This document shows, piece after piece, positions 38,260-51,258 of a DNA stretch of 64,000 bases. Under the pieces are notes generated by a model. The model ran no database searches, had not been told where the DNA came from, and saw nothing but the letters and a program-made list of their open reading frames with translations. The first letter of the stretch is position 1; the number at the start of each line of letters is the position of its first letter. Origin of the DNA: Octopus sinensis (lineage: Eukaryota). Made by a program: the position numbers and the translations under genes. The stretch is taken from positions 14,322,001-14,386,000 of the forward strand of contig NC_043005.1 in assembly GCF_006345805.1 (NCBI RefSeq), in the 5' to 3' direction.

Positions 38260-38424
38260 CACAATGGGATTCTTTCAGTTTCTGTCTTCCAAATCCACTC
38301 ACAAGGCTTTGGTTGGCCCAAGGCTATAGTAGAAGACACTTGCCCAAGATGCCATGCAGTGGGACTGAACCCGGAACCATGTGATTGGTAAGCAAGCTAC
38401 TTACCACACAGCCACTTCTGCGCC
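38003..38424 (-). mobile_element. SINE-A copy
   Basis: Reverse complement of family A. Confidence 0.8.
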
Positions 38425-38425
38425 T

Positions 38426-38644
38426 GGGGTGGTGAAAAGTTTCTTGGCTTTGGATTAAAAGAAAATACAGGAGGATCAGTTCAGTATGAATATATTCAAC
38501 ATATTCTCCTCTCTGATTCACACACTTTTTGCAGCAGTCCTTCAGTTTTTCTAAGCCCTGTAAAAAAAAATTAAGAAAGTTGGGCCTCCAACCAAGCCTT
38601 TTGCAAGATCCTTAAAGCCAGGAACTTTTCAGCACCCCCTCGTA
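38426..38644. mobile_element. Mariner-type MITE
   Basis: Inverted copy of 717-937. Confidence 0.7.
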
Positions 38645-39221
38645 TGTATAATGTGTGCACACATGTATGATGTTTCCACCCCAGCTAACATGTAGATTCA
38701 ATGAAAGGAAGCTGGAGAGTAATGAAATTAAACCTGTTCTATTTAGTTGGTGTAACAGATGTCAAAAAGGGTGTGACACTGTGACAGTTGCAGCCTGTAA
38801 GAGCTTTTGGTTTGTTAATTGTTGCACCACCAAATGTGTTGCATCACTGCGTAATGTAATGGTTGTTGTGTCACTACCAAGTTGCATTGACTGTTGAAAC
38901 AGCTGTTATTTAGAATGTTGGTTGTTGGAATGGCCATACTCTGCTATCAGCAATTATGTATACATGTAGATACAGCATAATAGTAATTGCTGATTGGTTG
39001 GGAAGAGTTAAGTCAATTAATTTTAGTAAATTTATTCACACCACTGGTACATCACATGTTACATTTATTAAAAAAATAAATGTGTATTTGCTAACCTTTG
39101 TTCTCTTTTATATATATTTATATTTTCTGTATTCATCCATCAATTGTGGACTTTGTTATTTATCTCCACAATTTGTGCTTGTACATTTCATAAGACATTG
39201 TCTGTGCTATTGTAATCATCA

Positions 39222-39465
39222 TCATCATCGTTTAGCGTCCGTTCTCCATGCTAGCATGGGTTGGATGGTTCAACTGGGGTCTGGGAAGCCAGAAGGCTGC
39301 ACAAGGCCCAGTTTGATCTGGCAATGTTTCTATGGCTGGATGCCCTTCCTTACGCCAACCACTCCATGAGTGTAGTGGGTGCTTTTTACGTGCCAGACGA
39401 GTCTGGCAAATGGCCACGATCGGATGGTGCTTTTTATGTGTCACCTGCATGGGGGCCAGGCAATA
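39222..39465 (-). mobile_element. SINE-C copy
   Basis: Family C motifs. Confidence 0.8.
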
Positions 39466-40885
39466 TATATTGTGTATCTACCCATCCATCTGTCTGTTTA
39501 TCTTTCTATCCCTCTATCCATCAATCTACCTATCATCCAGGTTCCACCAACAGAATGAGTGAATCAACGATATAGGCTAACGATAATGTGGGATTAATGA
39601 GTTAAATAATGAACAGAAAGTCAAAGTTTGATAGAGGAACAACTCTTTTTGCCAGCTAAAACCAAAACATGAAGAAATAAGATAAATTAAATTACGAATT
39701 AAGATAGAACACTTGTTGTAGAAGGAATCTGTTCTGTCTACTATCTTGTTAATACTATTCTCAGTGATTAAATCTTTTCTACAAGGCCAAACAAATAACA
39801 CTAGCATCTGTAATAATAATAATGTTCACTCTAAGACCTTTTATGTTTTATCAATGAGGATTGGCCCTGTTGACTTTTATAGATGAAGGATACAATTGAG
39901 AAAAATTGATAATCTTCCCTCTGACTTTGAACTAGTCTCATGGTGTCTGTTTGCTGGCTGATTACCACATATACCATGATATTTGTTACTGAGCTAACGA
40001 ATGAATACTATCTCTTAGTGTTCATTTATCGGTTTTAACTCCACTACTACTGTGACCATATTTGCACACCTTTGCTCAAGACTTGGTTATCAATTTGCTA
40101 TCAAATTTTTTTTTATCGATGTTGCTTTGATTAAGTGGTACAAACTGTAAGATTAGTTAACATGTAAAAACTTGTTTTGAAAACTCAAACTGATAATGCT
40201 TTCAAGGTTCAACTGTTACTTGCATTAATATCCGACATCCAGGAGTTTAGTGCACCGTGATAGTTGATGTCCAAGGGAGATAATTATTTCATGTAAATTG
40301 TCTTGTCAATTAAAGAAATTCTTTTTAAGATTTTTTTTATAACAACACAATACCGTAAATTTACTAAAGAAGGAAGAATGCTATTGTTGATTCAAGTATA
40401 TCATTGGTATTTATTTTTACTGGAAGATTATTGTAATCAAATTTAAAGAATAAACAGAGACATCATTTTTTGACATAACATTCAAATGGCAGACACATCT
40501 CTTGCAATAAATTCTTTATCTTAATATATAGGTTGGGGAACTATATGCAACACGTTATTTCTTGACTGGATTTTAGAGAAAAGGATCAAGGCATTTTGTG
40601 GAATATATGCTTTACTCAAGAACATTTGCTTCCATGAGGAATAGTAACTAGTTTGTGAACATGGTTTATTTTATATCACAAATTGTGACTGAAGGTGTTT
40701 GAGCTGTCTGTTACAAATTTTCAACTTGTCAAACACTGTTTATTATTTCAAGAGTAACTAGGAAGTGTCTGTATCTTGGCCAGGACAAATATCATAAGGA
40801 ACCTCATTCAAATTTGGATTTTTTCCACTGATCTTTACACTCTTAGCCAATATGCATCAATAAAAGATATAATCTACTCTATTTA

Positions 40886-41078
40886 CGTGCTGGTGGCACG
40901 TAAAAAGCACCCACTACACTCTCTGAGTGGTTGGCGTTAGGAAGGGCATCCAGCTGTAGAAACTCTGCCAAAACAAGATTGGAGCCTGGTGCAACCATCT
41001 AGTTCGCCAGCCCTCAGTCAAAATCGTTCAACCCATGCTAGCATGGAAAGTGGACGTTAAACGATGATAATGATGATG
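40886..41078 (+). mobile_element. SINE-C 3' portion
   Basis: gtggcacgtaaaaagcacccactac...gatgatg tail. Confidence 0.8.
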
Positions 41079-42037
41079 TACATATACACACACACACACA
41101 TGCATGCAAATACATATGTGCACCCCCTTGGGATGCAACGGTCACCTAAAGTCATTTGCTAAGTTGCTGCACATGTGTGATCAAACTAAAGCCAGCTTGA
41201 TTGTGAAGTAACGTCTTAACCACACAACTATTCCTGTACCAAAAAGCTTACTCCTTGTTTCACACCTGTCTCTCTTAATCAGTTTCAGACCACGGGAGAC
41301 AAAATTCCAGTTTCTATTGTGTTACATAGATGTGAAGTAGATATGCCCCATCAATAAGGAGATGACAGATAGCCTCACTCATGGAGGAAACTGAATTTAT
41401 CACTATTAACCAATGAATTTAGTATTGATGCTACATATAACAGTGGATTATTGCTCATACAATACCTGCATATAGTTAGGTGGATTTAGACTTTAAGAAT
41501 TAAGTGTCTTGAACTGTTAAGATAATTTTATTTTCAACACAGGTGGCAAAAGTCAATTATATTGACCTTAGTAGTAGACTAGTATATATTTTTATGAACC
41601 TCAGAAGGATGAAAGATGAAGTTCACTCCTCAGGCTTCATTATATTAACCTCTGTTTAACTTTAGTTTAGTTGAGTAATTTTGTTTAGTAAAGCTGTTAT
41701 AGAAAGTTGCCACTGGATGCCTGACTTTGTTCTGTGTGTATGTACGTAAAGGTAAGACTCTTGCTCTCATTGCTTTAGTCCAAGTCATTGTAAATAATTA
41801 TGGTGGAAGCACAAGCTCAGTTCTGTAAGTAGTGCCTAACAATGTGAATCAAGTGATTTATTATTAGCTAGAAGTTTTCTTTCTTTTTTCTAGACATGTC
41901 TCTGAAACCGGGACATAATTTTCATATTAATTCCATTTAGCTGTCTTTAATCATGTCTCAGCCAGGTTGGATTTAAAGAACATAAAATCCCAATAAGGCA
42001 ACTCACTTATTTTCTCTTGTGGAATATTCATTTAGTT

Positions 42038-42357
42038 CAAGGGTTCTCAACCATTTTTATCTGCGGACCTCTTTGATTACTATTTTATTCTCGTGGGCCC
42101 CCAAAGGCATACGATGTTTAAAAGCTAGTTTTGTAGAAACCTCTTTCAAAATTCCTATTTTGTTTTTCACACATTCACTTGTATAGGTTGAACTATGTTA
42201 AAATGTTAGCGAAAGAAACCTATCTGTTTCATGCAATACAAACATCTAAAACAAAATTTTTTCAGGAGCCCTTAGAATATTATTGTGGATCCCCAATTTA
42301 CTATTTTGTTACATGGAACCCCCAAAATCTCATATGGATCCCAGTTGAGAACCACTG
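42038..42357. mobile_element. hAT MITE with perfect 8-bp TSD
   Basis: TIR caagggttctcaacc/gttgagaaccactg; TSD atttagtt. Confidence 0.85.
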
Positions 42358-43944
42358 ATTTAGTTGATGGAAAATGGGGAAGAGAGTATCCAAAGCCTTT
42401 GTAGGCCCATCCAGACAGGTGCAGTTGGTGTGGTTGTTGTTTAGCTTGAACTGTGGCCTATATCTGTAAGGAAGATGAAAGCAGAGCAGGACTTCTACAG
42501 GTTTTCAGTTTTAGTGAGGAAAGGACTGGGTAAAATATTCAGTTGAGAGGTTTACTGAACAAATCACTGTGAATTTAAGAGGAAGGAAAGCTGTGTTGGG
42601 TGGTACGTGGCTTGCTGGTTCAGAAGAGCAGAAGTCTTATAGAAAAGTTATGTAGAAGAAATGGCATATCAGTGAATAGGTGATCTAGTATGTTGATAAG
42701 TGAACATTTACAAAGCAAACTACTACTGAATTGTTTGGGATGAGATGTAGGGAACAGTCTAGGGTGTATGTGTAGCTGCTATGAAGAAGATATTTCAAGT
42801 AGGAAGAGTGAACCACATTGACTAAACTTAGCCTCCAAATCTTCCCATTAACAAAAGACATTTACAGACAGGCTGACATTCCTTATCAAAAGTGTGAAAT
42901 ATTCATTTATCAGATAATTTTGGGAAAGCTGAGATAAATTCTCTAGAGCACTTTAGTTCTAATGGAAGGCACTTTTCTAAAGCATCTTAAGAATCTGTAG
43001 TTGTGAAAAAATCCTGCTCAAATCAGACTCTATTAAACATGAGCCACCGTCTCTTTATGAATACCACTATCTCTCAATTTTTCAATAGATACCCCTAAAT
43101 ATTCACCATCCTGATTATCTATGAATTGATTGATTCATTTCATTTTCAAGTCAACTTTGAAGTAATAGTGATACAATTGCTAACAAAGTCACCTTTATTA
43201 GTACTTTTATTGTAGCCCCAGCCTACAGGAATTACTGGACTTGAACTCAGTATTTTGAGTTCATGAAACCTTTATAATACAGAGCCTTTTCTAACGTGTT
43301 GATACCTGTTTGCAATTAGCTGAACTGGGCTTTTGAAATTAAATCTCGTGACCACAGCCTGTAAGCACTGCTGGGGACAGAATATAAACATCTGACTCAT
43401 TCAATTGATTATCTGATATCCCTGTTGACTCAGTCATTTGAAGCTTTGAGTGACTAATTTATAAACAAGGAAATAAGGTAGCCTTTATGTGGTCAGTTGA
43501 CCTGCTAGAAGTAGCAGTCAAATCTCTTTCAAATCACATCTACCAGCCACATAAAAAAAGAAAAAAAGAATACATTGAATAAAGTAATCCAGGGCACACT
43601 ATTACCAAAAACTAGATGAGGTGGTAATATCTGGAACGTCTTTGATCATAGAGATGTACAATCTGGGTTGACCACTACTTGAGTAAAAAACACACAGAAT
43701 TAATAGTGAAGTGTATAGATTGAATTTGCATTGTTGGGTCACTATTTGGATCTCTTTTGATCATTTTGCTTCTTGTGGTATTGGCATATTTTAACTCACA
43801 TATCAAGCTGTTGTAGTGTAAAACTTACTTGGAAGTGGATGCGTGGTATCCGGTCATATAATAACAAAATAATAAATAAAACATATGCATATATACATAC
43901 ATATATGTACATAGCTACATCTATATGTATATATACATGCATAT

Positions 43945-44190
43945 ATGGGTACAGGACACCAAAAAAGCGTAGAACACAATGAGAAACGAAACCATAAAAA
44001 CAAAAACATGGAAACTGACTTTTTTCAAACAACAAAAACCAGAGTACAAGACGTACAACACAAGGAATATTCCCCTTCTTCAGTTGCCCCTGTTTTGACT
44101 ACTCCGTGTTTTGAAGATAAGGGCAAGACACGACTTCATTGAAACAGTCCTTCCCGCAAAGCAAATTAAATAAAATTAGGGATTTTTTGC
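43945..44190 (-). mobile_element. Non-autonomous repeat (Penelope-like inference), second copy at 51605-51810
   Basis: Shared ggcaactgaagaaggg..ccttgtg..ttttggtgtcctgtac sequence in both copies. Confidence 0.55.
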
Positions 44191-45185
44191 TGCAGGTCAG
44201 CTTCGATGCAGTAGACTTACTGGTCACTTGACTAAATAACTTGGTGCTACTGACAGATTTTATTTTTTAAGATGTTAGAAGTAAATTTGTAGGAGATTTG
44301 GCTGTTCTTTCTAGCATTTCATGTGACTACGTAGGGGCTGTTTCATTGGGCATATCTGATATTGTTGCAGGTATTAAAAGAATTAATAAAAGCTACTGGA
44401 TAAATACTACATTCTTTTGGTACAGAATTCAAATCATGTCAATATTGATGTTGGCGTTCACCACATTGGTGCGGATGGGTGATAAGCATGTACCAGTCAT
44501 ATACTGGGACTGATCTAATCACTATTCTCCCCACCTACCTACCCAAATTAATGATCTTATGCCTTTAGGGATCATTCTTCTTATTGTTGTTGTTGTTACC
44601 GCTGTTGCTACCACAGCAACCATTATTATTATTACTATTAAATAAAGACACAAACTGTGTGTGTGTTTGTGTGTCTGTGTGTTGGGTGTACATGTGTGTG
44701 TGTGTATGTGTGTGTGTGTGTTGTGTTCCAAAGCTACAAACACTAAAAATATCTATTATTATTTGCCACTTTTCAGGGTAAGTTTTTTTAACAGTTATTT
44801 TGAGAAATAGCTGTCAGATCTCCCTCAAACTACACCGTACTCTCTGTCTGTCAAGAAAGGAGATAGAGAAAGACAGATATGGAATGGTGCGGGGCAAGAA
44901 TTAGAAACACAAACAACTAGAAAAGAGTAGCAGGGTGTGTGTCAAAGAAAGTTTCCAGAATACATTTGTGTGATGTCAAAACTCTATTTTCTTCTTGTTC
45001 CAGCCTCTTTTTAATTTGTCTGTCTGTTTTTCTCTCTCTCCCTGGTATAGTAGAATAGAGAGAGATAGAAAAAGAAAAATACATACAAAGAGAGGGAGGG
45101 AGAAAAATGAATAGACAGGGGAAAGATAGTGATAGTGATGATGGCAATAGTTTGAAAAAACTGTACGACACAGTTGCAGGGATTA

Positions 45186-45598
45186 GGCGCAGGAGTGGCT
45201 GTGTGGTAAGTAGCTTGCTTACGAACCACTTGGTTCCGGGTTCAGTCCCACTGCGTGGCACCTCGGGCAAGTGTCTTCTAGTATAGCCCCGGGCTGACCA
45301 AAGCCTTGTGAGTGAATTTGGTAGACGGAAACTGAAAAGAAGCCCATTATATATATGTATATGTATATATGTGTGTGTGTGTGTGTTTGTGTGTCTGTGT
45401 TTGTCCCCGCCAACATCGCTTGACAACTGATGTTGGTGTGTTGACGTCCCCGCAACTTAGCGGTTCGGCACAAGAGACTGATACAATAAGTACTAGGCTT
45501 ACAAAGAATAAGTCCTGGGGTTGATTTGCTCAAGTTAAGGCGGTGCTCCAGCATGGCCACAGTCAAATGACTGAAACAAGTAAAAGAGTAAAAGAGTA
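45186..45598 (+). mobile_element. SINE-A copy, full length
   Basis: Colinear with family A. Confidence 0.85.
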
Positions 45599-45889
45599 AC
45601 ACATTCAGTTGCATAATTTGTTGTAAAACACTTTCTGAGTTAACTCTCTTGTTAAACTCCAACAGCTGGAATGATGCCAGATATGTGAGTCAACGCGATG
45701 CAGTCTCTGTACATGGCTTCATCTTGGAGTCACAACTGTGTCATAGACTCATTCAACCTTTTTACCATTGTGTAACCCTTAAAATAAATTGCATGTCTCA
45801 AGGAACCCCTGCACAAAAGAAATTATATACCATATCTTTGTCATATTTTTTCATTGTAGTTCACGTGGTAAATATCATATATATATCAC

Positions 45890-46160
45890 CTTGATCACCT
45901 TGGCTGACCAGTCCGTTAGGCGTCCATTTGACACCGCTGGTCACAGCACGCTGTCTACTCCTCTCTGGATCGTGCCTTCCTCATCCACGTGATCCCAATT
46001 GCCCTCCTAAAATCGTAACTCGGTTCAAAGTCTCTCTTGACCAGAAATGGCCTGAACTCTGCGTGAACACCCTCCCTGTACATAACTCCATGTCCCCCTA
46101 CATGGCCTTGCTTTTTGCTTTTTGAGCCAAAAAATTAATTTAACTTAACTTAACTTAACT
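45890..46160 (+). pseudogene. CR1/L2-like LINE 3' end with (TTAAC)n tail
   Basis: PKIVTRFKVSLDQKW resembles the WN.LP..VV...FK..LD motif; tandem tail follows. Confidence 0.6.
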
Positions 46161-46642
46161 GAAAGCATCCATGCCAGTGCAACATGCAGACACCATGCCA
46201 GTGCCATGTAAAAGGGCCCATGCTGGTGGCATATTAAAAGCACCCAATACACCCTGTAAAGTGGTTGGTGTGAGGAAGGGCATCCAGCCATAGAAACCAG
46301 GCCAAAACAGACAACTGAAGCCTGGGTTGCTCTCCAGTGGGTCAACTCCTGCCAAACCGTCCAACCCATGCCAGTATGGAGAATGGACATTAGAAGATGA
46401 ATAACAATAATATTTTGATGATGATGATGGTCATTGCCATTGGTTTCAGTGTATGAGTGTTTGAAGGAGAGGACTTAAAGTTAGAGAGTGTACCCTAGGA
46501 CTTTCAATTCAGCTTCAAATTTCCTCCACAATGAATTTGGCTTAAGTGGTACAGGTTTGTGTCAACAATCGCTCTCTCTTGTCCAGATAGCCTAGACTCC
46601 AGTGCATATTGATACCATTTGGGGAAAAGGCCATCGAGATAA

Positions 46643-47095
46643 TAATAATAATGGTTTCAAATTTTGCCACAAGGCAGGCATTTTGGGGGAGGGATGAATT
46701 GATTACATCACCCCCAGTGTTTCTCTGGTACTTAATTTATTGACCCCTGAAAGGATGAAAGGCAACGTCGACCTTGGTGGAGTTTGAACTCAAAATGTGA
46801 AGACAGACAAAATACTGCTAAACATTTTGCCTGGTGTGCAAACAAATCTGCCAGTTCACCACCTTAATAATAATAATAATGATAATAATCCTTTCTCGTG
46901 GAAGCACAAGGCCTCAAATTTGTGGGGAGGGGACTAATTGATTACATCAACCCCAGTACGCAACTGGTACTTAGTTTATTGACCCCGAAAGGATGAAAGG
47001 CAAAGTCAACCTTGGCAGAATTTGAACTCAGAATGTAGCAACAGAGGAAATACCGCTAAGCATTTCGCCTGGTGTGCTAATGTTTCTGCCAGCTG
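46643..47095 (-). mobile_element. Two adjacent SINE-B copies
   Basis: Reverse-complement SINE-B cores with (AAT)n between them. Confidence 0.8.
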
Positions 47096-48004
47096 CTGCT
47101 GATGACGACGACGACGACGACAACGACGACTTCTTCCAACATAGTCACAAGGCTACCAAATTGTTTAGAGAGGAATGGTGTCAATTTAACTGACTCCAAT
47201 ACATAAATAATACCTATTTAGATTGACTTCTGGATAGGTTAGAAGCCAAGATGTTCTTGGCAGGATTTAAACTCAAAACGCAAATAAGATTGTCAATTAT
47301 TCTATTGGTTCTGTGATGCATCACTCATTATAGCATCTATATCTCTGTTGTTGCTGTTCTAGGAAGAATAATCAACTATGAAATTATTATCATTTAATGT
47401 CAGTCAGGCTGCTTGGTCTGAAATTAAATGTGACCTACATTGCCAAGAATATTTTGGGTGGTGCCAGATGTAGTGACAACAGACAGACCCACCTACACAC
47501 AGCCTGCATTTAATCTCGGTTAACAAGGGACAATGGATTTGTTTAATATTTTTCCTGGTTGTTTCTGTTCTATTGACAGACTAATTGAAAATTTATTGGA
47601 AAAGCAAGTGAATTAATCTCTTGCTGTTATTGTGGTTGTTTAGCCCCAGGTCAGTGCTGACTGAACAGACCTATGATCAAAGATATTTTTGCTATGACCA
47701 CCATCATATCTTTTCTTCAGAAATGGCATGCTAAGGATGTGAGTTGAAGATTTGACTGATATTTCTAGCAGGCCGAGCAAATGTGTTGAGGTTCTCCTTA
47801 TTACTCTGTACAGGATCTGCAAACAAAATGCATTCAAACAGAAATAAATATGTTCCTCCAATAAATTACATCAATTTTTATTCACTCATTTCTGCAATGG
47901 TTTGTTGAATTTCTAGAATATTTACTACATGGTAAATATTCACAGCTTCTTAGTAGTATAGCTTTTGGAGCAATGTTCTGCACTAAATTTACCACATGGT
48001 ATAT

Positions 48005-48380
48005 ACTAGGCACAAGGACTGAAATTTTTGGGGAGGGGACCAGTCGATTAGATAGACCCTGGTATGCAACTGGTATTTAATTTATCGACCCAAAAAGGAT
48101 GAAAGGCAAAGTCAACCTCAGTGGATTTTGAACTCAGAATGTAAAGACAGAGGAAATACCTATTTCTTTACTACCCACAAGGGGCTAAACACAGAGAGGA
48201 CAAACAAGGACAGACAAACGGATTAAGTCGATTACATCGACCCCAGTGCGTAACGGGTACTTAATTTATCGACCCCAAAAGGATGAAAGGCAAAGTCGAC
48301 CTCAGTGGAATTTGAACTCAGAAAGTAAAGACAGACAAAATACTGCTAAGCATTTCGCCTGGTGTGCTAACGTTTCTGCC
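48005..48380 (-). mobile_element. SINE-B dimer
   Basis: Two cores joined at gaaatacc|tatttctttactaccc. Confidence 0.8.
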
Positions 48381-48681
48381 AGCTTGCCACCTTTGCAACA
48401 TGATATATACTCACAACCACTTGTTAAGAGTATTTAATTCATGGCAAATACTTGTAGCCACATGCTAAAATTGTTGCCACATGGTAAAACTCTAGCAAAT
48501 GGTTATTAATATTTGTAATATTTTACATATTCATAATCACAGGTTAAAGTATTTACTACATGGTCATATATTCAAATAATTTTGTCATAATTGCCCTACG
48601 TGCTCTATTCTTCTTGCTTAATGGATTTTTATTGTGAATAGACATAAGACTATGAATATTAGTTGTTTAAATACATGCCAC

Positions 48682-49069
48682 CTCTGCCGGTGACACGTAA
48701 AAAGCACCCACTACACTCACGGAGTGGTTGGCATTAGGAAGGGCATCCAGCTGTAGAAACACTGCCAGATCAGACTGGAGCCTGGTGCAGCCTTCTGGCT
48801 TCCCAGATCCCGGTCGAACCATCCAACCCATGCTAGCATGGAAAACGGACGTTAAATGATGATGATGATATATGTACTCTTTTATTTGTTTCAGTCATTT
48901 GACTGCGGCCATGCTGGAGCACCGCCTTTAGTTGAGCAAATCTACCCCGGGACTTATTCTTTGTAAGCCCAGTACTTATTCTATCGGTCTCTTTTGCTGA
49001 ACCGCTAAGTGACGGGGATGTAAACACACCAGCATCGGTTGTCAAGCAATGCTAGGGGGACAAACACAT

Positions 49070-49102
<33 letters not shown>

Positions 49103-49273
49103 CATATATACGACAGGCTTCTTTCAGTTTCCGTCTACCAAATCCACTCACAAGGCATTGGTTGACCCGGGGCTATAGCCGAAGACACTTGCCCAAGATG
49201 CCATGCAGTGGGACTGAACCCGGAACCATGCGGTTGGTTAGCAAGCTACTTACCACACAGCCACTCCTGCGCC
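48682..49273. mobile_element. SINE-C (+) tail-to-tail with SINE-A (-)
   Basis: C tail (gat)n at 48860 abuts the A tail at 48876. Confidence 0.8.
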
Positions 49274-49904
49274 TATGTGTGCGTGTTTTATTCAAAATAT
49301 GAACAGGAATATATTTAACGAAAGAAAAACAAGAAAAAGAAAGGGCGAAAGACAAAATAACATCAATGCAACATCAAGTGCTTCAATTGGCTGCTCACCC
49401 CAAGGTTGAATGGAACCTACTGAAGCAAGCCACCACGCTTGTGGCATTACCACGAGTGGTGGTGAGGCTAAGGCATTAGAAAAGCCAAGAACCCTCATGG
49501 GCATCGCCGGCTACTCCAGTGAGGCGAGTTGCCAATGGTAACAAGAACTTCACTGTTAGCAGCCAAGTTCCTCCGAACGTCTCAGACGCCACAGGCTGGA
49601 AGAGATAGTTCACTGCCAGGCTCCGATACTTCAGGGTTTTCTACTGACTTTATCAACTCAGAAAGAATGGAAGATATTCTTATATTTGATGGCAATCCAA
49701 TTACAACCATCATATCTTCTTAGGGTTATCTGGAACAACATTATCTAATGTAACATATCCATTTTTTAAAGATCTAATGTGATTTGAGGAAGATTTAGCT
49801 GCTATTTCTTTCAGATCAAGCCGCCATGTAAAGACACTCTCATTTATTAATGTTTATATTCATGTATGGTATATTAATTTCACCAATGGAGAAGTTCTTA
49901 AGCA

Positions 49905-50185
49905 GATCAGGCCGAAAATGTCGCTAGAAGCAAGGATCACCAAGCATAGATTGGCATATTTTGGTCATATTATGCAGAGAAAATCCCTGGAGAAGGACAT
50001 CATGCTCGGAATGGTCAGTTGCAAGAGAGGAAGAGGCCGACCAAGAACCCACTGGCTTGACACCATCAAGAGTAATACCGGAATGGACATAGCCAATCTG
50101 AAAGAAACGGCCCAGGATAGAACTGACTGGAGGACACTGATCCATCGAGTAACTGAGAGTCGACTTCGACTGAGCGGATAGAGAG
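49905..50185 (+). pseudogene. RTE (BovB-like) LINE 3' fragment
   Basis: RLAYFGHIMQRKSLEKDIMLGMV..RGRGRPRTHWLDTIK...AQDRTDWR. Confidence 0.9.
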
Positions 50186-50355
50186 AGATATTAATTTCAG
50201 TACTTCTTGAACAGAATATTATAGGAGAGAGGGTTTTTGCTGACGTTTGCATCATTATTTATGAGTACACGTGTGTATTTCTATGTATATATGTGTCATG
50301 TATTTGTTTATTTGTTTGTTTGATGTCAGTTTTTCTATTCTGGTATGGGCTAGAT

Positions 50356-51258
50356 CAGTGCTTCTCAACCAGGGTCCATATAAGATTTTTGGGAGTCCAT
50401 GCAATGAAATAGTAAGTTGGGGATACACAATAGTATTTTAGGGGCCCTTGAAAAAATTTTGCTTTACATGTGTGTATTGGTATATATTCTTTTCTACTCT
50501 AGGCACAAGACCTGGAATTTTGGGTGAGGGGAGGCAGTCGATTAGATCGACCCCACTACACAACTAGTACTTAATTTATCGACCCTGAAAGGATGAAAGG
50601 CAAAGTCGACTTTGGCAGAATTTGAACTCAAAACATAAAGACAGACAAAATACCCACAAGGGGCTAAACACAGTGAGGACAAACAAGGACAGACAAACGG
50701 ATTAAGTCGATTAGATCGACCCCACTACGCAACTGCTACTTAATTTATCGACCTTGAAAGGATGAAAGGCAAAGTCGACCTCGGCAGAATTTGAACTCAG
50801 AACATAAAAGACAAACAAAATACCCACAAGGGGCTAAACACAGAGAGAGCAAACAAGGACAGACACACAGATTAAGTCGATTAGATCAACCCTACTATGC
50901 AACTGGTACTTAATTTATCGACCCCGAAAGGATGAAAGGCAAAGTCGACCTTGGTGGAATTTGAACTCAGAACGTAGGGGCAGACGAAATACGGCTACAC
51001 ATTTCGCCTGGCATGCTAACGTTTCTGCCAGCTTGCTGCCTTATGTATTGGTATATATTGCAAGAATCAACTAGGTTTCTTTCTCTAATATTTTACATGG
51101 TTCAGCTTACACGAGTTAATGTATGAATAACAAAACAGGAATTTCAAAAGAAGTTTCTATAAAACTAGTTTTTAAACATCAAATGGTGATGGGGGTCCAC
51201 CAGAATAAGATAATAGTAATCAAAGGGGTCCATAGATAGAAAGTGGTTAGAACCCCTG
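50356..51258. mobile_element. hAT MITE (TSD ggctagat) carrying a tandem SINE-B trimer at 50488-51042
   Basis: TIR cagtgcttctcaacc/ggttagaacccctg, perfect 8-bp TSD; same family as 42038-42357. Confidence 0.85.
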
